A DNA stretch of 64,000 nucleotides, taken from assembly GCA_016193315.1 (NCBI GenBank), contig JACPSJ010000001.1, positions 155,981 through 219,980 of the forward strand, in the 5' to 3' direction. Positions within the stretch are counted from its first letter, which is position 1, and each line of letters opens with the position of its first letter. Positions 28,041 through 37,767 of the stretch are shown here, piece by piece. Under the pieces are notes generated by a model, which was given only the letters and a program-made list of their open reading frames with translations, ran no database searches and was not told the origin of the DNA. The position numbers and the translations under genes were made by a program. The DNA is from Candidatus Kerfeldbacteria bacterium (lineage in GTDB: Bacteria; Patescibacteriota; Patescibacteriia; SBBC01; CAIJZX01).

Positions 28041-28490
28041 GACTGTCTCCTTGTCCCGCTCAGCGGGACGTTGAAGGGTTGTTTCTCTACCGATCTGTCA
28101 AAGAACCACCAGATCGGATGGATCACGACTTGCTACAATGGCCCTACCCTACAAGTGCCTGGTGGTCGTGTCAAGCAAAACACAGCGGGCCTGGTCCGGC
28201 GGCGGAAAATCCCCAGGCGCGGTTGTCGTATACTCCAAACTAGTCGGCACTTCGCAACGAGAGAGCGACCGATCGGCAATTGAGCTGCAGTCAGAACAAA
28301 CACCTCCTGGCAGAACAAGCGGAAGAACAAGAGGAGCATATTAATCCTTCCTAAACCCTTGCTGATCTGAGCGAGAGCGTTTTTTGCATCTTGCTCCCGT
28401 GCGAACTGGGTCAGACGTGGTCTCGAAACTTGGCTTTTGAAGCAAATCATGTTATAATGAATGAAGAATTGAAAAAAAACAAAACATCGC

Positions 28491-31016
28491 ATGGGTAATA
28501 ACCCCAAAGATCAAAGCGGCCAGGAATGGACTCGGATCTCGTGGCGCCAACGGTTGAACACCAAGCTGTTGCTGTGGTTTTTTATGGGCGCCATGCTGCC
28601 CGTGCTGATCGTCGGTTTCTGGAGTCTCGATGTCGCCAGGCAGTCATTGCTGAGCGTCACGCTTCGCGACGCCCGGGTTGACTCACAAGTTTTTGCCCAG
28701 CGGACACATGAGTCGTTGGAAGCGCTGGCCGAGACAGTCATAGATCTTAGCCGCACCCCGGCGGCGGTAGGCCTGGCCAGGGCACAAGGAAACGAGGGCC
28801 TTGACCCGGTCGACGGCACGACCGTGGAGACGTGGGCCAATCGGCTGGCCGAAGAATTTCGTTCGCTGGCCGAGGAGGCTTTGGAGGAGGAAGAGTTCGT
28901 ACTCTACCCGATCTTCCGTTACGTTGACACCAGGGGGCAGGAAATGGTGCGTCTCGAGGTCACCATGGAAGGAGAAATTGAACGCACCCCCACCGACGAA
29001 CTGGGGTCGGTGACGGATCGCGACTTCTTTGTCGGTACTATGGCCGCCGGCGTTGGAGGAGTGTACCGGTCGCGGCTGGAATATAACCAAGACGTCGACC
29101 CCAAGGAGACGATCGGTCCCCACCAGTCTGTCATTCGATCAGGCACCCCAGTGGTCGACGACCGTGGTGTTGTTCGGGGCGCGGTGGTCGTCAGTCACGA
29201 CCCGGAATTCTTCCTCGAGCATTTGTATCCCGACGCCGACAAGTTCGGACCAGTTGACCTAGCCGCCATCGAAGAACTGAAATTGCTGATCGATGCGGAC
29301 GGGTACTACCTGCTGCATCCCGATTTGGACAAGCGCTGGGGCGGACCGCTGGATCTGGGGACCGGCATCAATATTAAGACGGAATTCCCGGCCATTGGTG
29401 ACTCCATTTTTGGCTCGCAGTTACGACAAATGGTCGACCAGGAATTCGCCGCCGCCCAGGTCCGGGAGCGAGTGACCGAAGGCAAACCGACGGTCGACGG
29501 GGAAATAACACTATTTTCCGACTTTGCCGTCCACTACCGTCCGATTTTCCCCGATCCGGACGACCGAAGTCAGTACTGGATCGAAGTTCATTTTCTGCCC
29601 GGCCGGCTGGTCATTAGTCCGGTCCGGGATCTACAGCGCCTGTTACTGATGTTGGTCGCCGCTTTTGCCGGCATGGTGATTGTCACCTCATATCTGGCCT
29701 CGCGCACCATTTCCCGACCAGTGACTGCCCTCCAGCGTGGGGTCGAGATCATCCAGGGTGGGAACCTCAATCATCGCGTGGCGGTTACGGGCCAGGATGA
29801 GATCGGCCGGCTGGGGCGAGCCTTTAACCACATGACCGCCAGCCTCAAGGACCTGTATGACAATCTTGAAGACAAGGTTCGAGCCAGGACGGCTGAGGTC
29901 CACAAGTTTCAACAAGCGGTTGAGTCGTCGACGGATGGGGTGATGATGATGACGCCGCAGGCCGAGATCGCCTACGTTAACCCGGCTTGGCAAAGACAGA
30001 GCGGTTTCCCAGCGGCGATGATCATCGGCCAAAACCTGGATCGGGTGATTAGCGAACACACACCACTTGACGTTCGTCAGCAACTCCGCCGGCACCTTCA
30101 GGAAGGTCAACCGTTCTTCTCCGAGGCGATTTTTGCCCGGCGCCAGGATGATCAGGAGTACCAAATTCAGCTGTCGATCGTTCCCGTCCACGAGGACGAC
30201 CGCGTGGTCTTCCTGGTCGGCCTGCAGCAAGACATCACCCAGCGGATGGAAGTTGACAAAGCCAAAACCGAATTCGTGTCCTTGGCCTCGCACCAGCTCC
30301 GCACCCCGTTGTCGACGATCAACTGGTACACTGAACGGCTCTTGGGCGGCGACCTTGGCCCGGTCAACGAGTCCCAGCAGAAGTATCTCCAGGAGATCTA
30401 CGACAGCAACCAGCGGATGACGAAGTTGGTCAATGATCTGCTCAACGTTTCCCGCCTCGAACTGGGAACGTTTGTCGTCGAACCCGAACCGACCGACATC
30501 AAGCGCATCATCCACGAGACGATCACCGACCTGACCGCCTTGATCCAGCACAAACGTCTGACGGTCGATGAGCAGTATGACCGTGGCTTGCAGCCGATGT
30601 CGCTCGATCCGAATCTGATGCGCCTGATCATCCAGAATCTGGTGACTAATGCCGCTAAATATACGTCCGAGGGCGGTCACGTTTCTATTATCATTAGCCT
30701 AGCCAAAGAAGGGCAAACGATCGAGGATCAGCGAGTGACGGTACCGAGTTTAGTCGCCCAAGTGGCGGACAATGGGGTCGGCATCCCGGCCGACCAGCAG
30801 TCAAAGATCTTCACCAAGTTGTTCCGGGCCGACAATGCTCGGGAAAAGGTGCCGGATGGAACCGGACTCGGACTATACATGGTGAAATCGATCATTGACC
30901 ATTCCGGCGGCCGAATCTGGTTCCGGTCGAAGGAGAACCGCGGCAGCACGTTCGTGGTCGCCATCCCGCTCAGCGGGATGAAGAAGAAAGCGGGTACCAA
31001 GCCGCTGACGACTTGA
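28491..31016 (+). CDS. Sensor histidine kinase (2 TM, large periplasmic sensor domain, HAMP, PAS, HisKA, HATPase_c)
   Basis: HAMP (RPVTALQRGVEIIQGGNLNHRV...GRLGRAFNHM), H-box SHQLRTPL, N/G boxes (NLVTNAAKYT, DNGVGIP, GTGLGL). Confidence 0.85.
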   Translation: MGNNPKDQSGQEWTRISWRQRLNTKLLLWFFMGAMLPVLIVGFWSLDVARQSLLSVTLRDARVDSQVFAQRTHESLEALAETVIDLSRTPAAVGLARAQGNEGLDPVDGTTVETWANRLAEEFRSLAEEALEEEEFVLYPIFRYVDTRGQEMVRLEVTMEGEIERTPTDELGSVTDRDFFVGTMAAGVGGVYRSRLEYNQDVDPKETIGPHQSVIRSGTPVVDDRGVVRGAVVVSHDPEFFLEHLYPDADKFGPVDLAAIEELKLLIDADGYYLLHPDLDKRWGGPLDLGTGINIKTEFPAIGDSIFGSQLRQMVDQEFAAAQVRERVTEGKPTVDGEITLFSDFAVHYRPIFPDPDDRSQYWIEVHFLPGRLVISPVRDLQRLLLMLVAAFAGMVIVTSYLASRTISRPVTALQRGVEIIQGGNLNHRVAVTGQDEIGRLGRAFNHMTASLKDLYDNLEDKVRARTAEVHKFQQAVESSTDGVMMMTPQAEIAYVNPAWQRQSGFPAAMIIGQNLDRVISEHTPLDVRQQLRRHLQEGQPFFSEAIFARRQDDQEYQIQLSIVPVHEDDRVVFLVGLQQDITQRMEVDKAKTEFVSLASHQLRTPLSTINWYTERLLGGDLGPVNESQQKYLQEIYDSNQRMTKLVNDLLNVSRLELGTFVVEPEPTDIKRIIHETITDLTALIQHKRLTVDEQYDRGLQPMSLDPNLMRLIIQNLVTNAAKYTSEGGHVSIIISLAKEGQTIEDQRVTVPSLVAQVADNGVGIPADQQSKIFTKLFRADNAREKVPDGTGLGLYMVKSIIDHSGGRIWFRSKENRGSTFVVAIPLSGMKKKAGTKPLTT

Positions 31017-31062
31017 TTTTTTGCCGGCCTTTGTCATACTTTCCCCCAGGCACCACTACTTC

Positions 31063-31482
31063 ATGACTACCAAAGCACCAGCCATGCCCCCGGCCCCGCC
31101 CCGCCAGCGAGTTCTCCTGATCGAGGACGAACTGCCGCTGATTGACGTCGTCAAAGGTAAACTCGAGGCCGAGCAATTCGAGGTGGTCGTGGCTCGCTCG
31201 GTGGAGCAAGCGCTGGCTAGCCTCACATCCGACGGCCAAATCGACGCTATTTGGCTCGACCATTTCTTGCTCGGCCGACAGACCGGATTGGATTTCATCA
31301 CCGACTTGAAGAAGCCTGGATCGCGCTGGCGCGCGACCCCGATTTTTCTGGTGACGAATACCGCCGGATCAGAGACCGACGCCGAGTACCTCCGTCTGGG
31401 GGTCGAGAAAGTGTACAGCAAAGCAGCCGCCCGTCTGGACACCATCGTGGCCGACATCAAGGCCAGACTCAAGCCCCACTAA
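31063..31482 (+). CDS. Response regulator receiver-domain protein (REC only)
   Basis: RVLLIEDE...DAIWLDHFL pattern (phospho-acceptor Asp); start placed at ATG 31063. Confidence 0.65.
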   Translation: MTTKAPAMPPAPPRQRVLLIEDELPLIDVVKGKLEAEQFEVVVARSVEQALASLTSDGQIDAIWLDHFLLGRQTGLDFITDLKKPGSRWRATPIFLVTNTAGSETDAEYLRLGVEKVYSKAAARLDTIVADIKARLKPH

Positions 31483-31485
31483 TCT

Positions 31486-31860
31486 ATGGACGGCAAGAAA
31501 GTGCTCATCGTTGACGACGAGGAGCCACTTCGTCGGGTGTTAGTCGACGAACTGGCCCAGCAAGGATTTACCGCTTTGAGCGCCAAGGATGGACTGGAGG
31601 GTTTACGTATCGCCAAGACCGAGCATCCCGACGTCATCCTGCTCGATCTGATCATGCCAAACATGGATGGACTGACGATGCTGGAAAAACTGCGGCGGGA
31701 CTCTTGGGGGGCGACGGCCCAGGTAATCTTGCTGACGAACTCGAGCGATCTCCGCGACGTTGAGCGGGCACTCCGCTTCCAAGCCTATGATTTCCTGGTC
31801 AAATCAAACTGGAGTCTCGATAACGTTGTCAAAAAGATCAGAGAAAAAATCAATTCCTGA
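31486..31860 (+). CDS. CheY-like response regulator receiver protein
   Basis: KVLIVDDEEPLRRVL..DVILLDLIMPNMDGLTML. Confidence 0.8.
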   Translation: MDGKKVLIVDDEEPLRRVLVDELAQQGFTALSAKDGLEGLRIAKTEHPDVILLDLIMPNMDGLTMLEKLRRDSWGATAQVILLTNSSDLRDVERALRFQAYDFLVKSNWSLDNVVKKIREKINS

Positions 31861-31984
31861 AGCCCGGCGAAACGATCGCCTGACCGATGGGAGAAGAAGC
31901 CTCTTTTTGTGCCGCCGGCCAGGAAGTAAAACCAGCCGGTCATTTTATGGTATCGTGGGGGTACCAGTTTGAACATCGATCGTC

Positions 31985-32440
31985 ATGTCCATCATCACTT
32001 CCACCGTCAGTATCAACGCCCCAGCCGAAAAGGCATTTCACGTGGTGACCGACCCGAAAACGGCGGTCAAGCTTATCCCCGGCGCGGTCGGCGTGAGTAA
32101 CGTGCCGAAACTGCCGCTGGTTCGGGGTTCGATTTTCTCCTGGGAGTACATTCTGCTCGGCCTACCGCTCCGCGGCAAGTGGATGGTCGAAGAAATTAAC
32201 GGGCCGAATTTCTATATTTCCCGCACCACCGGCAGCGTTGACAGCCGCTGGATCTACACCATTATCCCCCGCGGGAAAACCTGCCGGCTGACGCTCGATC
32301 TTGATTATACTTTGCCGGGTTCGCTCCTCCGCCGCTATACGCTCGGCCTGGTCGAACCCCACGCCCAGCGGATTATTGACACCTACCTGGCGAGCTTGAA
32401 AGCCTTCCTCGAATTGCCGCCGACAAAAACAAAAGGATAG
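31985..32440 (+). CDS. SRPBCC (polyketide cyclase/START-like) family protein
   Basis: 151 aa, typical SRPBCC N-terminal strand-helix pattern. Confidence 0.6.
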   Translation: MSIITSTVSINAPAEKAFHVVTDPKTAVKLIPGAVGVSNVPKLPLVRGSIFSWEYILLGLPLRGKWMVEEINGPNFYISRTTGSVDSRWIYTIIPRGKTCRLTLDLDYTLPGSLLRRYTLGLVEPHAQRIIDTYLASLKAFLELPPTKTKG

Positions 32441-32463
32441 TCACTCATTCTTAACCGACCACC

Positions 32464-33258
32464 ATGCCTCGACCCCTGATCATTCCCGCCAGTCTCCTGG
32501 TCTTGACCCTGCTCGGCGCTGGCTGTTGGCCAAAAACGAAGACCAACACCAATTCGACCAATGGAGCAATTCGCCCAAGCAATGTTAATGATGCCACGAA
32601 TACCGGTCAGCCGCCGCTGACATTTACTTTTTCCGATCCCAAAAAGAGCGCCCACTATGAATCGAACACCCCGGCGCACGGCGCCATCCTGCCGGCGCCG
32701 CCAGTCAACGTCGTCATCAACTTCAATTTTGACTTGTCGACGAAGTCGAGCATCGCGATCAACAAAGACGGGCAAGAATACGGGACCGGTGAAACGACAG
32801 TCGACGGTAACAAACTTACACTGCGGCACGGTTTCAACGGCGACGCACCGGACGGTCTCTACACGGTCACCTACAATGCCTGCTGGCCGGACGGCAGTTG
32901 TCACGATGGCTCGTTCCAATTTGCCATTGATCGCTCGTCGGCCGCGTCAGCCGTCGACCTGACGAACCAAGGAGAAATCACGATTCGTCTCAAAGACCTC
33001 GCTTTCAGCCCGCGGCTGATCCGGATCTGGCGCGGAACGACGGTCACCTGGGTCAATGACGACAGCGTTGACCATTACATCAATACCGACAGCCACCCGG
33101 CTCATACATACTTTTTGGAACAGAATTCATCAGCTCTGAAAAATGGCCAGTCTTTCAGCCAGACCTTCAGTCGAGCCGGCGTCTATCCTTACCACTGCAG
33201 CGCGCACGCCGGATTCATGACTGGTACCATCATCGTCGAGCCGAGCGTGGTCGAGTAA
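32464..33258 (+). CDS. Lipoprotein with CopC-like N-terminal domain and C-terminal type-1 copper cupredoxin domain
   Basis: Lipobox LLGAGC; cupredoxin ligands in YPYHCSAHAGFMTG (C..H....M). Confidence 0.65.
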   Translation: MPRPLIIPASLLVLTLLGAGCWPKTKTNTNSTNGAIRPSNVNDATNTGQPPLTFTFSDPKKSAHYESNTPAHGAILPAPPVNVVINFNFDLSTKSSIAINKDGQEYGTGETTVDGNKLTLRHGFNGDAPDGLYTVTYNACWPDGSCHDGSFQFAIDRSSAASAVDLTNQGEITIRLKDLAFSPRLIRIWRGTTVTWVNDDSVDHYINTDSHPAHTYFLEQNSSALKNGQSFSQTFSRAGVYPYHCSAHAGFMTGTIIVEPSVVE

Positions 33259-33306
33259 CCAGCGGCGGCAGTTGACAAGACAACAATACCGGCTCACAAT
33301 TCCACC

Positions 33307-33489
33307 ATGGACGGACCACAATCGTCACCCCCGGCTGGCTACGGCAAACGCCCGCGCTGGCAGTGGGTCGTCATCTACCTCGTCATCGGTGGCTTGGTGT
33401 ACGGCGCGATCTATTACTTCGCCTACGCCAATAAAGGCGGTTACCAGTCGTCGGGGAACGCAAACCAAAATAGTCGCAGCCTATACTAG
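33307..33489 (+). CDS. Small single-TM membrane protein
   Basis: 60 aa; one clear TM helix; downstream of cupredoxin gene. Confidence 0.3.
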   Translation: MDGPQSSPPAGYGKRPRWQWVVIYLVIGGLVYGAIYYFAYANKGGYQSSGNANQNSRSLY

Positions 33490-33505
33490 GTCCGGATCGG
33501 CTACC

Positions 33506-34045
33506 TTACTGCTTCCGAAGCGCGACGAACTTTTTTCTGAAGCTGGCTAGTTTCGGAGTGATGACCACCTGACAATACGGCTGGTCGGGGTTCTTGGCGT
33601 AGTAGTCGCGATGGTAGTCTTCGGCCGGGAAAAATTTTTCGGCCGGCACGATGGCGGTGACGATGGATTTGTCAAAGACTTTTTCCCGTTCCAGTCGGCC
33701 TTTGACCGCTTCGGCGATGCGTCGCTGCTCATCATCATGGAAGAAGATAACTGACCGGTACTGTTCACCGACGTCGTGGCCTTGGCGGTTCAGCTGGGTC
33801 GGATCGTGGGTCAGGAAGAAAACCTCAACCAGCTGTTGATAGGAGATTGCGGACGGGTCAAACTCGATCCGGATCGCTTCGGCGTGACCGGTCCGCCCGG
33901 AGCTTACTTGTTCGTATCCCGGATCATCCATCGTGCCGCCGGCGTAGCCGGGCATAACGCTACGCACGCCACGGAGTTCTTTGAACATGGCTTCGGTGCA
34001 CCAGAAGCAGCCGCCCCCAAAGGTCGCAATTTGTACGTTGCCCAT
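33506..34045 (-). CDS. msrA: Peptide methionine sulfoxide reductase MsrA
   Basis: GCFWCTEA active-site motif at N-terminus. Confidence 0.9.
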   Translation of the reverse strand: MGNVQIATFGGGCFWCTEAMFKELRGVRSVMPGYAGGTMDDPGYEQVSSGRTGHAEAIRIEFDPSAISYQQLVEVFFLTHDPTQLNRQGHDVGEQYRSVIFFHDDEQRRIAEAVKGRLEREKVFDKSIVTAIVPAEKFFPAEDYHRDYYAKNPDQPYCQVVITPKLASFRKKFVALRKQ

Positions 34046-34560
34046 CTTTATTCGTGGTTATGTGAAGACCTGGGCGCCGCGGCTCCTCGTCCCTCGCCAA
34101 CTCGGGACTTCGTAGCATCGCGCCGCCCGTCGCGTCGGCCGCGACAGAAGCAACCCCCACCGAATGTTGCAGTTTGTGTGTCGCTCATTTCCAACTCGAG
34201 TTATACAGAGACCGGGGTGCGTCGGCTCCTACGAAGCATCGCCGCACCCGTCTCGGCCGCCGCGAGTCAAGCAGTTGGCTCGCTCTCGCTTTCAGCGAGT
34301 CGGCCTCGACCCAAAAACATGCACCCCCGAAAGTCGCTATACTCCACAGATGATAGAGAATCGATGCAATCGTCTAGGCCTCGCCGTTCCTTCCCCCGCG
34401 GCAAGCTCGGGGTCGAAACATGCTCGGCCCGTCGCGCCCGGACGCGAGTCAAGCAGTTGACTCGCTTTCCTTCGGAACCGGGCGCGACCCAGAAGCCACC
34501 CCCACCGAACGTTGGGATATATATTTGTCGACGCTCCATCGCCGCAGTATAGCATGCTTA
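34046..34560. repeat. ~500-bp intergenic block of three imperfect tandem ~150-bp structured repeats; each ends in ACCCCCACCGAA(T/C)GTTG-like motif and contains GCGAGTCAAGCAGTTG(G/A)CTCGC hairpins; inverted homolog of repeat at 48995-49100 and of 6160-6225
   Basis: Direct comparison: 34365-34460 is approximately the reverse complement of 48995-49100 (GCTCGGGGTCGAAACATGCTCGGCCC shared exactly). Confidence 0.5.
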
Positions 34561-34587
34561 GCCAACGTAAGAAAAAACCGCGCTCGG

Positions 34588-34956
34588 CTATGAGGCGGTT
34601 CGTGGCGGCTGCTCGGCCAAGTCGACCAGCTCGAGTCCGCTGGCGTGGTGGCTCAGCCAGTGCGCCAGTTCATCAGCGCAGTCCAGATCGAGGATGGTCA
34701 ACCAGAAAGTGCTGTTGCGCTCGTCGAGACGGCTTCGCCCGTCCCATAGGTGGTTGACGGTCACGATTCCCCGCCCCTCGAGCCGAAAGGCACGGCCGTG
34801 GCCAAGGCGCAAGAACTCGATCGCGCCCAGGGGGTACGTGCCGTCGAGCGTGAACTTGATGGACCGTTCTCCTCGCACCGACTTCTCGATGACGACCAGC
34901 CACTGATTGAGCGAGGGGTGGGCGACGGTGGATCCGGCCTGCACTCCGGTGGTCAT
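34588..34956 (-). CDS. Small VOC-family (glyoxalase/bleomycin-resistance-like) protein, tentative
   Basis: 122-aa ORF only; weak pattern resemblance. Confidence 0.3.
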   Translation of the reverse strand: MTTGVQAGSTVAHPSLNQWLVVIEKSVRGERSIKFTLDGTYPLGAIEFLRLGHGRAFRLEGRGIVTVNHLWDGRSRLDERNSTFWLTILDLDCADELAHWLSHHASGLELVDLAEQPPRTAS

Positions 34957-35065
34957 GGAAAGATCCTCCTTGAGCGACTGAACGGTAGTTCGTGATTATT
35001 TCGAACCGACCAGCCAACGCTAGCAAAACGAGTTGAGTGATGTCAACCCGCCCGGTCGTGAATTA

Positions 35066-35944
35066 TCACTTCCGCCCAGTGAAAATTCCGTAACCGATCA
35101 AACCCAGTTCGTAAGCGGATCGCTGGGCGCTGGTAGCCTGGAGCAATAGCTGTTCTTCGTCCGAGGCCAAGCCAAGTCGATGGAGAAAACGGAGGACCAG
35201 TCCGGCCAAACGTCGCCGCCGATCGACGTCCAAGACTGATTTAGCGATGGCCTGGGTTTGGTCGATGAATTCGAGTTCGTGAAAACCGGCATTACGGAAA
35301 ACAGCTTGCACCTCGTCAGCGGTGTTCCACCCGGACAGGAAGTAACCACCTGCACAGTCGCCGACCAGCTGGCGTTCGACAGCATCGGTCGGCCGTCGGC
35401 GCAAGATTCCATCCGACATCACGATCCGTCCTCCTGGTGTGAGCAGGCGGTGCATTTCGGTGAGCAGCGGTCGGAGGTCAGGATAGGCGTAGCAAAAAGA
35501 TTCGATGCCGAAGACCTTGTCAAAAGCCGCATTCGGGAAAGCCGTCCGGCGGTAATCCATTTGATAAAATTCAACCTGATCCTCGAGGTGGCGCTGACGG
35601 GCGTAGCGCTGGGCCAGACCGCGCTGAACGGACGACAGCGTGATGCCGACGTAATGCCCGGGGCCGTGCGCGGATAACCACAGCGCCGCGCCGCCCACGC
35701 CACAACCAGCATCGAGGATGTGCTCACCCGGCTGCGGTTCCAGCAGGGTTGATACTGCTCGGTACTGGTTGGTTAGAGCCTCGGCCCGATTGCGCGTGGT
35801 GGTGTCCCAGAAGCCGTAATGCAGACCGAGACTCTGGCGGTCTGAATAGGCCCAGGTAAACCACCGCTGTGTCCGGTCGTAAAATCTAGCTACCGCTTGG
35901 CTGTCCATAAGCCCGACCTTATCATACTCGGTGGTTGACGCCAA
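35066..35944 (-). CDS. Class I SAM-dependent methyltransferase
   Basis: Motif I LDAGCGVGGAA; motif post-I/II spacing typical. Confidence 0.8.
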   Translation of the reverse strand: MASTTEYDKVGLMDSQAVARFYDRTQRWFTWAYSDRQSLGLHYGFWDTTTRNRAEALTNQYRAVSTLLEPQPGEHILDAGCGVGGAALWLSAHGPGHYVGITLSSVQRGLAQRYARQRHLEDQVEFYQMDYRRTAFPNAAFDKVFGIESFCYAYPDLRPLLTEMHRLLTPGGRIVMSDGILRRRPTDAVERQLVGDCAGGYFLSGWNTADEVQAVFRNAGFHELEFIDQTQAIAKSVLDVDRRRRLAGLVLRFLHRLGLASDEEQLLLQATSAQRSAYELGLIGYGIFTGRK

Positions 35945-36031
35945 AGATGGAATGTAGTATGACTAGCCGGGTATCGGCCGCCTGGGCCGATGAGTCGTTA
36001 TCGCACACTCTTTGACAAGGGGGCACGAACC

Positions 36032-37615
36032 ATGAGGCAGCTGCGCGGCTTCCTCAACAGTACCTGGGTTGATGGTCAACCGAGCCGGACCAAACTCTAC
36101 AATCCCTCAACCGGCGAGGCAGTGGCCGAAGTTCTCGAGCCGTCTTCATCAGACCTCGTCGCTGGGCTGGAATTGGCCCGGACAAAAGGCGGACCGGAGC
36201 TGCGGCAAATGACGTATGCTCAGCGCGCGGAGATCCTGACCGGCATGGCCGAAGTGAACGCGGCCCACGCCCAAGAGCTCGACGAGTTGGCGATGGTCAA
36301 CGGCGGCAAGACCAAGGCCGGCGCCCAGTTCGATGTCGGTGGAGGCACATACACGCTCCAGCACTACGCCGAACTCGGACGCGGCATCGGGGATGCCAAA
36401 TACCGCACCGACGGCCGATGGCTACAGCTGTCCAGTCGGCACTTGCAGTTCATCGGCCAGCACGTCTGGGTACCGGTTTCAGGGGTGGCCATCGGCATCA
36501 ACGCCGACAACTTCCCGGCCTGGAGTCTAGCTCAGAAAGTAGCGCGGTCCATCTTGGCTGGCGTGTCGTTCCTGTGCAAGCCCGCTACGGCCACGGCCCT
36601 CGTGGCGCACCGGATGGTCGAGTTGTGGGTCGAGGCCGGTATCCTTCCGGACGGCGTTCTCCAGCTGTTCATGGGCGACTTCTCTTCGCACCTCGGCAAC
36701 CTCCAGGAGGATGATGTCATCGCCTTTACCGGGTCGGCGGAGACGGGCGGGCGCATCGCTTACCACACGCGGCGGATCGGCTATCGCTTCTCCGCCGAGA
36801 CCGACAGTTCCAACGCTGCTGCTCTCGGCCCGGATGTTCAGGACGGCAGCCCGACCTGGCAGCTGTTCATCGACCACGCGGTTTTCGCCACCACCTTCCT
36901 GACTGGCCAGATGTGTACCTCGCTGCGCCGGCTACTGGTCCCGCGAGAAAAGACTCAAGCCGTGGTTGATGCACTGGTGGCCGAACTCTCGAAGGTCGTA
37001 GTCGGCAATCCGGCCGATCCCAGCGTCACCATAGGGCCACTGACGACGGCCGACCGGCTGCGGGAAGTGCAACGAGGCCTTAGATTACTGCGCCAGGAGG
37101 GCCGAGTGGTCTATGAGGGTCAAGGATCGCGATCCCCGGTCGGGGGCACGCCGAGCGGCAACTTCTTCTGGCCGACGGTGGTACTCGTGAATGAGGGGAT
37201 CGAAGCCCTGATGTCACAGCACTTGGAGGTCTTCGGCCCGGTCATCCAAATCACGGCTGTTGATCCGAAGCCGTCAGTAGTCAGCGAGGTCAGCGCCCGT
37301 GGTGGCGGTAGCCTGGTCGGAGCCGTGTACTCGGACGACGTCCCATGGGTGACGGCGGTGGCCCAAGGCCTGATGGGCCACACCGGCCGAGTCTATGTCG
37401 CCAACTCCCGCGTCGATCGTAAAGCGCCGAATCCAGCCACCGTTCTGCCGCACCTGGTTCACGGCGGGCCCGGTCGGGCTGGCGGCGGCGAGGAACTCGG
37501 CGGTCTTCGCGGGCTCGAGGCGTTTCAGCGACGGGTCGCCTTGGAAGGTGACGAGTGGTTGGTCAACGCCGTGATTGGGACACCCAGGACCCGGGAAGCA
37601 GTCGCAGCGAGCTGA
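36032..37615 (+). CDS. Aldehyde dehydrogenase family protein with C-terminal extension
   Basis: ALDH motifs FTGSAETG and catalytic-Cys region GQMCTSLRRLLV; start at ATG 36032 after AGGGGG. Confidence 0.7.
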   Translation: MRQLRGFLNSTWVDGQPSRTKLYNPSTGEAVAEVLEPSSSDLVAGLELARTKGGPELRQMTYAQRAEILTGMAEVNAAHAQELDELAMVNGGKTKAGAQFDVGGGTYTLQHYAELGRGIGDAKYRTDGRWLQLSSRHLQFIGQHVWVPVSGVAIGINADNFPAWSLAQKVARSILAGVSFLCKPATATALVAHRMVELWVEAGILPDGVLQLFMGDFSSHLGNLQEDDVIAFTGSAETGGRIAYHTRRIGYRFSAETDSSNAAALGPDVQDGSPTWQLFIDHAVFATTFLTGQMCTSLRRLLVPREKTQAVVDALVAELSKVVVGNPADPSVTIGPLTTADRLREVQRGLRLLRQEGRVVYEGQGSRSPVGGTPSGNFFWPTVVLVNEGIEALMSQHLEVFGPVIQITAVDPKPSVVSEVSARGGGSLVGAVYSDDVPWVTAVAQGLMGHTGRVYVANSRVDRKAPNPATVLPHLVHGGPGRAGGGEELGGLRGLEAFQRRVALEGDEWLVNAVIGTPRTREAVAAS

Positions 37616-37767
37616 ACGATCTTTCACTTCATCGAATGCCCCGCGCCAGGGAGGTGGTGCGGGTTTTTTCATATTGAGATCTTGAGACGCCGGTTGTTTG
37701 TGGTCACTCGGGATATCCGATCCGAGTAATCCCCCTGGTTATCGCTCAAGGTGACTACGGGGCAAGG

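Noticed and set aside
29688-30680. 330-aa minus-strand ORF inside the histidine kinase gene
   Set aside because: Antisense shadow ORF; the plus-strand frame carries complete HAMP/PAS/HisKA/HATPase motifs.
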